DNA of 64,000 nucleotides, taken from assembly GCA_902535055.1 (NCBI GenBank), contig CACASI010000003.1, forward strand, positions 65,336-129,335, given 5' to 3'. Made by a program: the position numbers and the translations under genes. Under the pieces are notes generated by a model. The model did not search any database. It saw only the letters and a program-made list of their open reading frames with translations, and was not told the DNA's origin. This DNA comes from an uncultured Candidatus Actinomarina sp. (GTDB lineage Bacteria; Actinomycetota; Acidimicrobiia; Actinomarinales; Actinomarinaceae). How positions within the stretch are numbered: the first letter of the stretch is position 1; the number at the start of each line of letters is the position of its first letter. Shown here one piece after another: positions 53,828-62,965 of this stretch.

Positions 53828-54675
53828 AATTCTCCACCTTCATTATTAAGAAAATCTTCTATTTGCTCAACAAGATTATCTTCTGAGAAGCTGTCTTCAA
53901 TATTTACTTCAGCCTCTTCTAACTTTGAAACATATTCTGCAAGATCTTGAGAGTTTTCCATTGCTTTACTTATTTTTGTTTCAAACTGTTGACCTTCGGA
54001 TTGTATTCCTGAGTCATCAATATCAATTTTTAAGATTTCTGATGTTTTATTTAATAACGCACCTATTCCTTTTGGATAAGCACCTGAGCTAAGATAATGA
54101 GGGACTGCAGCCCAAAGTCCAGAAGTTTCTATACCATTTTTTCTCAAGTCATGGCCAACTACACTTGTAATGCCTGTTGGCCCAGAATAATTTGTTGGAA
54201 GCACATTAAATCTAGAATGAAACGTTGGATCATCACTTACACCAAAAATTGGGACTGGCAGTGTATGAGCTACTTGGCCAAAGAACGCACCTAAAGTAAC
54301 AGCTCTTTTCACTCCAAGATCCATTAAAGTATTTGAAATATTTTCTGAATATTTTTTCCACTTCATTGATGGTTCTTCCCCAAAAACCATTATTATTTCT
54401 CTTTTTAATTTGTAATCTTCAATAGAATAAAACGAAGTTTGTGGCCAATGGAAGTTACGTTCACCTATAGCTTTAACCTCAACTACAGGTCTTCTCATTT
54501 GATAATTGTAAAAACCTTCAGAGTTTAATTCTGCAAATGGTTCGACATCATAATTTCCACATATATTCTCAATACAACCACTGGCAGTATTTCCTGCATC
54601 GCTCCATCCCTCGAAAGCCAAGATAGCTACAGGATCAGATAAGAGTGGTTTTCTATACCAAACAACATCTTCCAT
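53824..54675 (-). CDS. PAC2-family protein
   Basis: The N-terminal ..PVAILAFEGWSDAGN.. and the overall length are typical of the actinobacterial PAC2 (proteasome-assembly-chaperone-like) family. Confidence 0.6.
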   Translation of the reverse strand: MEDVVWYRKPLLSDPVAILAFEGWSDAGNTASGCIENICGNYDVEPFAELNSEGFYNYQMRRPVVEVKAIGERNFHWPQTSFYSIEDYKLKREIIMVFGEEPSMKWKKYSENISNTLMDLGVKRAVTLGAFFGQVAHTLPVPIFGVSDDPTFHSRFNVLPTNYSGPTGITSVVGHDLRKNGIETSGLWAAVPHYLSSGAYPKGIGALLNKTSEILKIDIDDSGIQSEGQQFETKISKAMENSQDLAEYVSKLEEAEVNIEDSFSEDNLVEQIEDFLNNEGGEF

Positions 54676-54715
54676 ATTGAAAGATTAATATTTAAAATAA
54701 TTTATCTGAAAATTT

Positions 54716-56794
54716 TTAAAGTTTTCTCGATGAATTTATTACAACGGACAAACTTGACAGGGCCATAGCTAATGCGGCCATACTTGGGACAATATTACCT
54801 GTAACTGCAATAGGGATCATAATTATGTTGTAAATAAAGGCTAAAAACAAATTCTCACTAATTCTTCTATTTGCGTTTTTTGAAATTTTGAATATTGAGT
54901 TTAACTTTTCAAAGCCTCCTCTAAAAATAATTATATCGCTAACACTTTGTGCAATTTGTGTACTCTGAGCGAATGTCAAACTTACATTAGCTTGTTCCAG
55001 AGCAGGAGAGTCATTAATCCCATCACCTATAAAGCCAACAGTTTTATCTTTCTGTTTGTTCTTTATATATTCTAATTTCTCTTCTGGTGACTGATTTCCA
55101 AGGGCAACATCTATTTGTAAATCCTCTCCAATTTTTTTAACTTTCTCGGGCTTATCTCCAGATAAAATTTCAATTTCATACTCACTTGAAAGATTTTCAA
55201 TAACATCTTTATTTAAAGTTTTATCTTCAACCAAAGTAATTAGATACTCCTTAGCGTCAATCTTTAAAATCAAATCACTATCTAGATCTTTATTTGATTT
55301 TTTAACTTCCACAATCTTATTATCTACAATTCCCGTGACACCTTTACCGGGAATTTCATTAAATTCATCAACAGTTGAGAGTTTTAAGTTTTTTATTTCT
55401 GACTCCAAAAGGATACTTTTAGCAATAGGGTGGTTTGATTTCTGTTCAACAGACGCCAGTATCCTTATAATTTCATCATCGACAACGAGGCTATTCTCAT
55501 TTGTAATTTTTTCGATTTTAAAAATACCAGACGTTAAAGTTCCAGTCTTATCAAATATTAGTGTATCCAGCTTGGTAAATTTTTGAAGATAGTCAAAATT
55601 TTTAAAAATGAATCCATTTTTATTGGAAATAGATGCAGTACGAAATAACACAATTGGAGTTGCAAGACCAAGAGCACAAGGACATGCAATTACCAAGATT
55701 GCAATTGTCGAACTAATTGTTTCTGAAAAATCATTTCCAAAAATATAAAATTTAGTCAAAAAATTTATAAAGCTTAAAATCAAAATTGAAGGTACAAAAA
55801 TATTTGTTATCTTATTTACGAGTTCTTGAACGTCAGGTTTTGTAGTTTGTGCTTTTAAAATTAATTTTTCTATATAATTTATTGTTGTTTCGCCATCTTT
55901 TTTTGTTACCTTAACTTCAATATCATTTCCAAGATTGACAGAACCTGATACAACCGTATCTCCTTGTTTTTTTAAAATTGGTTCTGCTTCTCCGGAAATA
56001 ATACTTTCATCAACTTCAGAATGACCATAATCAATCTCACCATCAAGAGGAATAATTTCTCCCTTCTTAACAATGATTACTTGATTTACAGATATTTCGC
56101 TAAGAGGTTTACGTATGATTTTTTTATCGTCATAAACATTCACATCTTTTGGGATACTTTCAATAATTGAATCAGATATAGAGATCGATGACTTTATAGA
56201 AATATCTTCTATCGTTTTTCCTATAAGTAAAAAGCTTATAATGAAACCACCAGTCTCAAGATACATCAGTTCTCCATTATTAGGCAAGACGCCAATAACA
56301 AAAGAAGACAAGCTCCCAATAGAGATCAATGTATCCATATTAAAATTTAGATTCCTAATACTCTTTAATGCTGATGAGTGAAATGTTCTTCCAAAAATAA
56401 ATATTATTATTGAGCTAATTCCTAATGCTATAAAATCTTGATTAGCTTCTATAAGTGGGTTGAGAGCAAGAGTTGACAGAAGTGAAATTATTGGAATAAA
56501 GAATCTTCTAAAATTTTTAATATCTTCAACTTGTATTTCTTCTTGAGCTGAATATCCAACTGATCTAATTTTTTCAATATAATTCTCAGAATTTACATCT
56601 TCAGTATTTAATTCGATTACAGCTTTTTTTAAAGGAAAGTTTACGACTACATCTTCAACAGTTTCTTCTTTATCTAAAACTCTTTCTATCCTTGCAGCAC
56701 AAGCTGCACAGGTCATTCCTTCGACAGATAGAATGAGTGTTTTTGTATCAGCTGACAACTGTATAGCCTTGTTCATCAAGGAGTGACTTAACAA
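54716..56794 (-). CDS. copA: Copper-translocating P-type ATPase
   Basis: It has an N-terminal HMA domain (GMTCAACAARIE), CPCALGLATP, DKTGTLT, SNHPIA and GDGINDSPAL. The start is uncertain (TTG 56794 or ATG 56776; both overlap copZ). Confidence 0.9.
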   Translation of the reverse strand: MLSHSLMNKAIQLSADTKTLILSVEGMTCAACAARIERVLDKEETVEDVVVNFPLKKAVIELNTEDVNSENYIEKIRSVGYSAQEEIQVEDIKNFRRFFIPIISLLSTLALNPLIEANQDFIALGISSIIIFIFGRTFHSSALKSIRNLNFNMDTLISIGSLSSFVIGVLPNNGELMYLETGGFIISFLLIGKTIEDISIKSSISISDSIIESIPKDVNVYDDKKIIRKPLSEISVNQVIIVKKGEIIPLDGEIDYGHSEVDESIISGEAEPILKKQGDTVVSGSVNLGNDIEVKVTKKDGETTINYIEKLILKAQTTKPDVQELVNKITNIFVPSILILSFINFLTKFYIFGNDFSETISSTIAILVIACPCALGLATPIVLFRTASISNKNGFIFKNFDYLQKFTKLDTLIFDKTGTLTSGIFKIEKITNENSLVVDDEIIRILASVEQKSNHPIAKSILLESEIKNLKLSTVDEFNEIPGKGVTGIVDNKIVEVKKSNKDLDSDLILKIDAKEYLITLVEDKTLNKDVIENLSSEYEIEILSGDKPEKVKKIGEDLQIDVALGNQSPEEKLEYIKNKQKDKTVGFIGDGINDSPALEQANVSLTFAQSTQIAQSVSDIIIFRGGFEKLNSIFKISKNANRRISENLFLAFIYNIIMIPIAVTGNIVPSMAALAMALSSLSVVINSSRKL

Positions 56795-56951
56795 GATCTA
56801 AATCAATTTCTTCTGAAGATTTTAATGTAACGTCTTTGGTTTCTATACTTACTTCAACTAATTCAATAACATCAACAGTTGATAGGGTATCGATAATTGT
56901 ACTTTTGCAATGATCACAACTTATTTCAGGAACAGTAAATTTTATAGTCAT
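56748..56951 (-). CDS. copZ: Copper chaperone (HMA domain)
   Basis: The 67-aa product has a ferredoxin-like HMA fold pattern with the SCDHC metal motif. It sits directly upstream of copA. Confidence 0.8.
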   Translation of the reverse strand: MTIKFTVPEISCDHCKSTIIDTLSTVDVIELVEVSIETKDVTLKSSEEIDLDLVKSLLDEQGYTVVS

Positions 56952-57000
56952 AAATCGATGATAATTGTAAAAGGTTTATATTGTTAAATTGATTTTTAAA

Positions 57001-57195
57001 TTAAGCAGTTTCTTGAAGAATTCTTCCTCTAACTCTTGGATATTTAACCGGAGCATGATTAAAGCAATGCTCTCTTTTGTTATATATACTCAATTGAGTT
57101 TTACAAGACTCTTCTTTACAAGTCCTACCTTGGTCAAAACTTTTTGAAGGTCTTATACCACCTTTAATTTGACTTGCTTTTAATCCGTCAGTCAT
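57001..57195 (-). CDS. Small zinc-ribbon-like protein (C-x4-C-x13-C-x2-H)
   Basis: The start is taken at ATG 57195 (GGGG 4 nt upstream), giving MTDGLKASQIKGG..RTCKEESCKTQLSIYNKREHCFNH... The track's TTG-initiated extension to 57309 would run across the divergent gene start. Confidence 0.5.
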   Translation of the reverse strand: MTDGLKASQIKGGIRPSKSFDQGRTCKEESCKTQLSIYNKREHCFNHAPVKYPRVRGRILQETA

Positions 57196-57206
57196 TTTTC
57201 CCCACT

Positions 57207-57224
57207 TTGTGAATATATTCACAA
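57207..57224. promoter_or_regulatory. Perfect 18-bp palindrome (candidate operator)
   Basis: TTGTGAATA|TATTCACAA lies 12 nt upstream of the zinc-ribbon gene start, in the divergent intergenic region shared with the SelW-like gene. Confidence 0.35.
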
Positions 57225-57298
57225 GGTTAACAAAATATTGCATAGCATGCAAGTTTTTACAAACCTTTTTATACAGATACGTATAGTAACATTTGATT

Positions 57299-57535
57299 AT
57301 GAAAATCAAACTAGAATTTTGTATAGTTTGAAACTATACACCCCGTGCAGTTAGTACGGTTGAAGACATACTTGAAAAATATGGAAAAGAAATAACGTCA
57401 ATAGATTTGATACCTGGAACTGGTGGAGTGTTTGAGCTTTACTTAGATGAAGTGTTGATCTATTCAAAGCTTGAAACTGGTCGTCATACGAACGAAGGTG
57501 AAATTTTACAGTTAATGGAAAACGCACTTAGTTGA
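57299..57535 (+). CDS. SelW/Rdx-family redox protein with in-frame UGA (candidate selenoprotein, CxxU)
   Basis: The product reads MKIKLEFCIV-U-NYTPRAVSTVEDILEKYGKEITSIDLIPGTGGVFELYLDEVLIYSKLETGRHTNEGEILQLMENALS. Both sides of TGA 57329-57331 match Rdx-family features (CxxC/U, L.PG.GG.FE..D..LI.SK). It is not in the ORF track. Confidence 0.7.
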
Positions 57536-58263
57536 CATATCCATTCGATCTATCTTTACTAGAATTAATCTTTATTTCATTCCTGCTGTTTACAAGTGCA
57601 GCCATTCAAGGTATTTTAGGTTTTGGTTTTGCAGTTATTTCCTCTCCAATATTAGTTCAAATCGAACCATTGCTTGTTCCACAAATACTTAGCCTTTTGG
57701 CATTACCTATGACTTTTAGAATCTACCAAAGAGAAAAAAATAAAGTAGATTGGAAACCATTCAAATTTTTATTTCTAGGAAGGATTATTGGAGGACCATT
57801 AGGCTTACTGCTTTTAATAAATTTAAGTGAACAACTACTCTCCATAAGTGTCGGAGCAATCGTTCTATTTGGTGGGCTTGCAACATACTATGGTTGGATT
57901 GTAAAAAGAGATAATAAAACATCTTGGATTGCAGGGACATTGTCGGGAGTATTCGCAATGATTGCTGGCGTAGGAGGTCCCCCAATCGCAATTCTATACA
58001 GAGGCACCGCTGGTAATGAATTTAGACCCTCACTTAATGCTGTATTCACATTTGGAATAACAATAACTCTTGGTCTTCTGCTAATTAGTGGAGAAATATT
58101 TAGGGATCATCTTATTCTTGTATTATATCTAGCTGTTCCGGTGGCAATTGGATTAAGACTTTCTTCATTTTTTTCAAATATATCTGAGATGGCTATATCA
58201 AGAGGGGTTACCTACTTTTCAATTATCTCAGGCTTATTTGTAATACTTAGGAATATAATTTAG
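57532..58263 (+). CDS. TauE/SafE (DUF81) family anion-transport membrane protein
   Basis: Its TTG start overlaps the upstream stop (TTGA). It has about eight helices with GxGG-like repeats (..GILGFGFAV.., ..MIAGVGGPPIA..). Confidence 0.7.
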   Translation: MTYPFDLSLLELIFISFLLFTSAAIQGILGFGFAVISSPILVQIEPLLVPQILSLLALPMTFRIYQREKNKVDWKPFKFLFLGRIIGGPLGLLLLINLSEQLLSISVGAIVLFGGLATYYGWIVKRDNKTSWIAGTLSGVFAMIAGVGGPPIAILYRGTAGNEFRPSLNAVFTFGITITLGLLLISGEIFRDHLILVLYLAVPVAIGLRLSSFFSNISEMAISRGVTYFSIISGLFVILRNII

Positions 58264-58298
58264 TTTTGGAATTTGAAATCATAGTTAACATTGAATAG

Positions 58299-59789
58299 AT
58301 GTATATAAGAGCTTTCATTTCAGCAGTTTTATTTTTTTTAAGCTTTCCACCATTTAATTTATGGTTCTTTATTTTTCCAGCACTATTCTTTTTTTACTAT
58401 GCACTTTTAATTAGTGATGCTCCATTTATAACTGGATTTTTATTTGGTTCAATTTCATTTGGTGTTATTTTATTTGGGATTCAATCAATTGGTTATGAAG
58501 CTTGGACCCCTCTAGTTATTTTGATGGGTCTTCTTTATGCTTTTCTTGGAAAGATATTTAAATTCATAGCCATCAAGACTAGTAATAACTTTTTTGTTCT
58601 AATCGCAGTGATAAGTATTTTTGATTTATTAAGAGCCTATTTTCCATTTGGTGGATTTCCTTGGGGTTCAACCTCAACCGTTCTTTTAACAGGGTATAGG
58701 GACAGTTTATTTAATTTACTACCAAGCCTGTTTAAAACATTTGGACCCACTGGATACTCATTAATTATTCAATCAGTGACTTTAATTTTTGTTTTATTAA
58801 TTTTTGATAATCCAAAAAAATATTTTTACTTGAAAGATTCGCTAATATTTTTTACTTTTTTATTCATCCCACTATCTATATATTTAGCAAATAGCAACTT
58901 AAATCTATTTTTAAATAATTCAATAAATGAAAAAGTTAGTGTGTCAATTGTTCAAGGCAACAGCCCTTGTCCTGGAGCCAAAAATAATTGCAACGATGAA
59001 AGAAATCGAATATATGAAAGCCATCTAAATTTAACAAGAAGCATACAGAACGATAAAGATTTAATCATTTGGCCAGAAAGCTCAACTGGATTTAGAAATG
59101 ATCCATTAATCCACGAACGTGTATTAAATGACATTTCTTATGAATCTCAAAGGCTTAATTCTTACTTTTTAATTGGAGGAGATAGGCCAATTGAGGATAA
59201 ATATTTTGAAAATTATGGTGTTTTTATAAATAACAACGGACTGATCGTTGATCAGTATCTGAAACAACATCCTGTTCCATTCGGAGAATATATTCCATTT
59301 AGAGACTATTTAGACTGGATTCCTTCCCTCTCACTTGTCCCAAGAGATATGATCAGGGGCGATAAAGAAAAAATATTTCAACTTGGCTCTTACAAACTTT
59401 CTACAGTAATTTCATTTGAGGGTTCATTCCAGAGATATATAAGAAATAGCATTCAAGAAGGTGCTGAAATTATCGTAATATTAACAAATCAAGCTAGTTA
59501 TGGCCAAAGTGGAATGTCTGAACAGTTTTTACTTATGTCACGTGCTAATGCAATTTCAAACGACAGACCAATTATTCATTCTGCAATTACAGGAAAGTCA
59601 GCATTCATAGATAATGATGGAAATATTTTATCTGATACAAATCTTTTTACAGCAGAAATTCTTAATCAATCAATACAACCAATTGACTCTCAAACACCAT
59701 ACAGTTTATTTGGCAACTACTTCAACTTTTTCGTTATTGGCTTTGGCTTTTTAGTTTTCTTAAGAAGAAAATATAAATTCAGTCTTTAA
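58299..59789 (+). CDS. lnt: Apolipoprotein N-acyltransferase homologue (nucleophile position is Ser)
   Basis: It has an N-terminal polytopic domain plus a CN-hydrolase domain with WPES (Glu) and YLKQHPVPFGEYIP (Lys). It has VISFE where Lnt has I-C-Y-E. Confidence 0.8.
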   Translation: MYIRAFISAVLFFLSFPPFNLWFFIFPALFFFYYALLISDAPFITGFLFGSISFGVILFGIQSIGYEAWTPLVILMGLLYAFLGKIFKFIAIKTSNNFFVLIAVISIFDLLRAYFPFGGFPWGSTSTVLLTGYRDSLFNLLPSLFKTFGPTGYSLIIQSVTLIFVLLIFDNPKKYFYLKDSLIFFTFLFIPLSIYLANSNLNLFLNNSINEKVSVSIVQGNSPCPGAKNNCNDERNRIYESHLNLTRSIQNDKDLIIWPESSTGFRNDPLIHERVLNDISYESQRLNSYFLIGGDRPIEDKYFENYGVFINNNGLIVDQYLKQHPVPFGEYIPFRDYLDWIPSLSLVPRDMIRGDKEKIFQLGSYKLSTVISFEGSFQRYIRNSIQEGAEIIVILTNQASYGQSGMSEQFLLMSRANAISNDRPIIHSAITGKSAFIDNDGNILSDTNLFTAEILNQSIQPIDSQTPYSLFGNYFNFFVIGFGFLVFLRRKYKFSL

Positions 59790-60987
59790 GACCTTCATTA
59801 AAGTGTAAATTTTTCATCGCTGCTGCTTCAACAATCCCATCTTGATAAGCTCTTAAGTCAAATTTATGAAGTACTGCAAGTAGATGATCAAAAATATCTG
59901 ATTGGATTTTTTCGTATTCAACCCAGTCTGTAGTTTTTGTAAAAGTATATATTTGTATAGATACTCCTTGGTTTGTCGGCGCTAATTGTCTTACCAAGAA
60001 AGTCATATTTTGTGTATCTAAGCTTTCATTTTGTCTTAAATAATTTTCTACATATGCTCTAAAAGTCCCAATATTTGTTAAATTTCTTTGTTCTATTTGA
60101 GAAGTGTCATTTGATGAGTCATTATTAAACATCTCCACTTCCTTAATTTTTTCATCTAAATATCTTTTGATAGGTGGGATCTTTTTTAAATTCTCAATAT
60201 CTTGGATGGATAAAAATTTAATACTTGAAATATCAACTGTTATCGATCTCATTATTCTTCTACCACCAAATTCAGACATGCCTCTCCAGTTTTTAACAGA
60301 GGTTGAAATAATTTTTGATGTTGGAATAGATGTTATAGTTTTGTCCCAATTTTGTACTTTTACAGTATGTAGAGCAATATCTATAACATCTCCATCTGCA
60401 CCATATTCAGGGACCTCAATCCAATCACCATTATTTATTATGTTATTTTGTCCAATTTGTACTGAAGCAACGAAAGATAATATTGTATCTTGAAAAACTA
60501 GTAAAAGTACAGCAGTTAGTGCACCAAGCCCACTTATATAGTATGTAACTGATTGTCCAGACAATATTGCAAAAACAATTATGAAGATAAATGCATTCAA
60601 TATGATCTTAACAATCTGTATGTAACCTTTGATAGGCCTATCTTTTAAAGCGTCATATTTGCTAGATGCATTATTAAGAATTGAAAGCAATTCATTCAAT
60701 GTAAGCCCTAAAAAGATTGCCAAAAATGAACTGATTATTCTTTGACCAACTTCACTGTTCATTAAGTCAATTGAAAATTCTGTAAAAACTATTCCATTAA
60801 GAAAAGTAAATACAGCAACAAAAGATAGTCTGTTTAAAAACTTTTTTTCTAAAAAAAGATCATCAATAATTGTATTTGTTTTTTTTGCAATTCGCTTTAG
60901 AGCTGGGAAAACTAAGATTCTTAGTATTAAAAAAATACCAAAGCTACTTCCAATAATTACTAACAATCTTAAATTTTCATCTGTCAT
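59779..60987 (-). CDS. MscS-family mechanosensitive channel
   Basis: It has N-terminal TM helices followed by the conserved beta-domain (..GDWIEVPEYGADGDVIDIALHTVKVQNWDKTITSIPTSKI..). Confidence 0.8.
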   Translation of the reverse strand: MTDENLRLLVIIGSSFGIFLILRILVFPALKRIAKKTNTIIDDLFLEKKFLNRLSFVAVFTFLNGIVFTEFSIDLMNSEVGQRIISSFLAIFLGLTLNELLSILNNASSKYDALKDRPIKGYIQIVKIILNAFIFIIVFAILSGQSVTYYISGLGALTAVLLLVFQDTILSFVASVQIGQNNIINNGDWIEVPEYGADGDVIDIALHTVKVQNWDKTITSIPTSKIISTSVKNWRGMSEFGGRRIMRSITVDISSIKFLSIQDIENLKKIPPIKRYLDEKIKEVEMFNNDSSNDTSQIEQRNLTNIGTFRAYVENYLRQNESLDTQNMTFLVRQLAPTNQGVSIQIYTFTKTTDWVEYEKIQSDIFDHLLAVLHKFDLRAYQDGIVEAAAMKNLHFNEGLKD

Positions 60988-61005
60988 ATAGCTATATTAC
61001 CTTAG

Positions 61006-61689
61006 TCAGAATCCTCTTTCCTGACCTTTCCAAGGAGGAGAGACATTATTTTTAAATTCTTCAACGCTTGGTCCCTTTAGGTTTTTTAATTTTCTTAAAC
61101 CCAAAAAATATGAAACAATCAAAAGTATTAAAGTTGTTTGATTAGATGTTGATAACTTTATAATTGCAAGAATTTCAGGATTATTAAAAAACAATATCTG
61201 AAGACCTCCCTTTAGAGAAAGAAATGCTACCCACAAAATAGCAACTTGATTGTAAGCTGGCTTAACAGAAGGCAATAAATACCATTCCATAGGCCATTTT
61301 CTAAAATATTGTGATGAGTAAATAGTAAAAGGTCTTCTAATCAATATTGATACAAATCCAATTAAAGCAATGCCCAGGTCTCTAATAATTCCTGGTAGAA
61401 AAAAACCTGATGCACTTCCTTGAAATCTAGCAATTAGTAATGCAACTATCGTTCCAACTACACCAATAACTGCAAATTTAAGATCATCTTTTCTCAGCAC
61501 TCTGTAAATGATTGTAAGAACGACTAAGAACCCCGTCCCTATAATTGCAACATTTAGATCAAAAAATCTATTTAGTAAAACAAAAAAAACTGGTGCAAGG
61601 ACTGAATCAAATACATTATTTTGGGATTCGTTCAGTCCAAGAACTTCACTTTTTATTTCTGAGAATTGTTTTTTGAATCTCTTATACAA
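61006..61689 (-). CDS. DUF3159-like membrane protein
   Basis: Its polytopic 227-aa layout and position are typical of actinobacterial DUF3159. The assignment is tentative. Confidence 0.45.
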   Translation of the reverse strand: MYKRFKKQFSEIKSEVLGLNESQNNVFDSVLAPVFFVLLNRFFDLNVAIIGTGFLVVLTIIYRVLRKDDLKFAVIGVVGTIVALLIARFQGSASGFFLPGIIRDLGIALIGFVSILIRRPFTIYSSQYFRKWPMEWYLLPSVKPAYNQVAILWVAFLSLKGGLQILFFNNPEILAIIKLSTSNQTTLILLIVSYFLGLRKLKNLKGPSVEEFKNNVSPPWKGQERGF

Positions 61690-62965
61690 TTGAATTTAAT
61701 TTTTCCTCAAAGTTCTCATTTGTTTTTTCAGAGAGAATTTCATTTGTTATGCTTTTTAATTCTTCAATTGAAACATTCTCAAAATTTTTTGAAAGAGTAG
61801 TTAAGTAATCATCTAGATCATCAAATTCAAATGATTGTGATTGTATAAATCTATATGCTTCATCTCTATCAACTCCTTTAGTAATGAGATGTGAAAGGCA
61901 AGCCTGAGTTAATATACTTACTTTTGCTAAGTCAATATTGGAATTAATCTTTTCGTGGTTTATTTGAATGTTGCTAAACAACTTTTCCATTTCAATAGTT
62001 GCAAAGGAAATGAGATTGAAACCATCAGGAAATATAATTCTTTCTACTGAAGAATTTGAGATATCTCTTTCGTGCCATAGAGAGATATTTTCTAAAGAAG
62101 TGATAACATAACCTCTTAAGATTCTTGATATTCCTGAAACTCTCTCAGAAGTTATTGGATTTTTTTTATGAGGCATTGCTGAAGAGCCCTTTTGTTCTTT
62201 TGAAAAAGATTCAAAGATCTCCCCAACTTCTGATCGTTGATACCCGCGAAGATTTTGTGATATACGATCAAAACAACTTCCAAGCATTCCTATAGCAATT
62301 ATTACTTCTGCATAACGATCACGACTTACAATCTGTGAAGCAAAAAGTTCAGGTTTAAGATTCAAGCTACTTAATGCTCTTTCCTCTATTTCTTGATTTA
62401 ATATAGAATAATTTCCAACGGCACCGCTGAATTTACCAACAGAAATATTTTCTTTAGCTTTTACAATTCTTTGTTTGTTTCTATTAATTTCAAGAAGCCA
62501 ATTTGAAAATATATTTCCCAGAAAAGTAATTTCCGCAAACACTCCATGTGTTCTTCCAATTATTTTTGTATCCTTTTCTTTTATCGCAAGATTTTTTAAG
62601 GTTTCTATTAATTCATCAATTTGAATTAATAAAAAATCTAAAGACTCAATTATTAAAAGACTGTTTGAAGTGTCAACAATATCCGAACTTGTTAGTCCAT
62701 AATGTACCCACTCTGAGTTTTTTTGAATTTTATTTTGCAAAATATCAACAAAAGATGCAACGTCATGATTTGTGATTTTTTCTCTCTCTTCTAATTCTTC
62801 TAATGAGATATTTACCTTAAGTATTTCCGCGGACAAACCTTTTGGAACAATTCCCGCATCTTCAAGTTGTTTGGTAACCGAAGATTCAACTTTTTTCCAG
62901 GTAGATATTTTGTTATTTTGATTCCAAATATCTTCAATTTCGTTTATCAAGTATCTTTTTATCAT
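61682..62965 (-). CDS. purB: Adenylosuccinate lyase
   Basis: It has ..HYGLTSSDIVDT.. and the signature GSSAMPHKKNP. Confidence 0.95.
   Translation of the reverse strand: MIKRYLINEIEDIWNQNNKISTWKKVESSVTKQLEDAGIVPKGLSAEILKVNISLEELEEREKITNHDVASFVDILQNKIQKNSEWVHYGLTSSDIVDTSNSLLIIESLDFLLIQIDELIETLKNLAIKEKDTKIIGRTHGVFAEITFLGNIFSNWLLEINRNKQRIVKAKENISVGKFSGAVGNYSILNQEIEERALSSLNLKPELFASQIVSRDRYAEVIIAIGMLGSCFDRISQNLRGYQRSEVGEIFESFSKEQKGSSAMPHKKNPITSERVSGISRILRGYVITSLENISLWHERDISNSSVERIIFPDGFNLISFATIEMEKLFSNIQINHEKINSNIDLAKVSILTQACLSHLITKGVDRDEAYRFIQSQSFEFDDLDDYLTTLSKNFENVSIEELKSITNEILSEKTNENFEEKLNSIV

Noticed and set aside
57196-57309. A TTG-initiated extension of the zinc-ribbon ORF (MIFIIKCYYTYLYKK..).
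   Set aside because: It would span the palindrome, the divergent promoter region and the first codons of the SelW-like gene. The internal ATG 57195, with GGGG upstream, gives a compact product.
57343-57359. The CCGU-N9-ACGG hairpin considered as the sole SECIS for the SelW-like gene.
   Set aside because: I did not reject it outright, but it has only 4 bp, which is too weak to stand as the main signal. I kept it as a secondary candidate beside the much stronger palindrome centred on the UGA.
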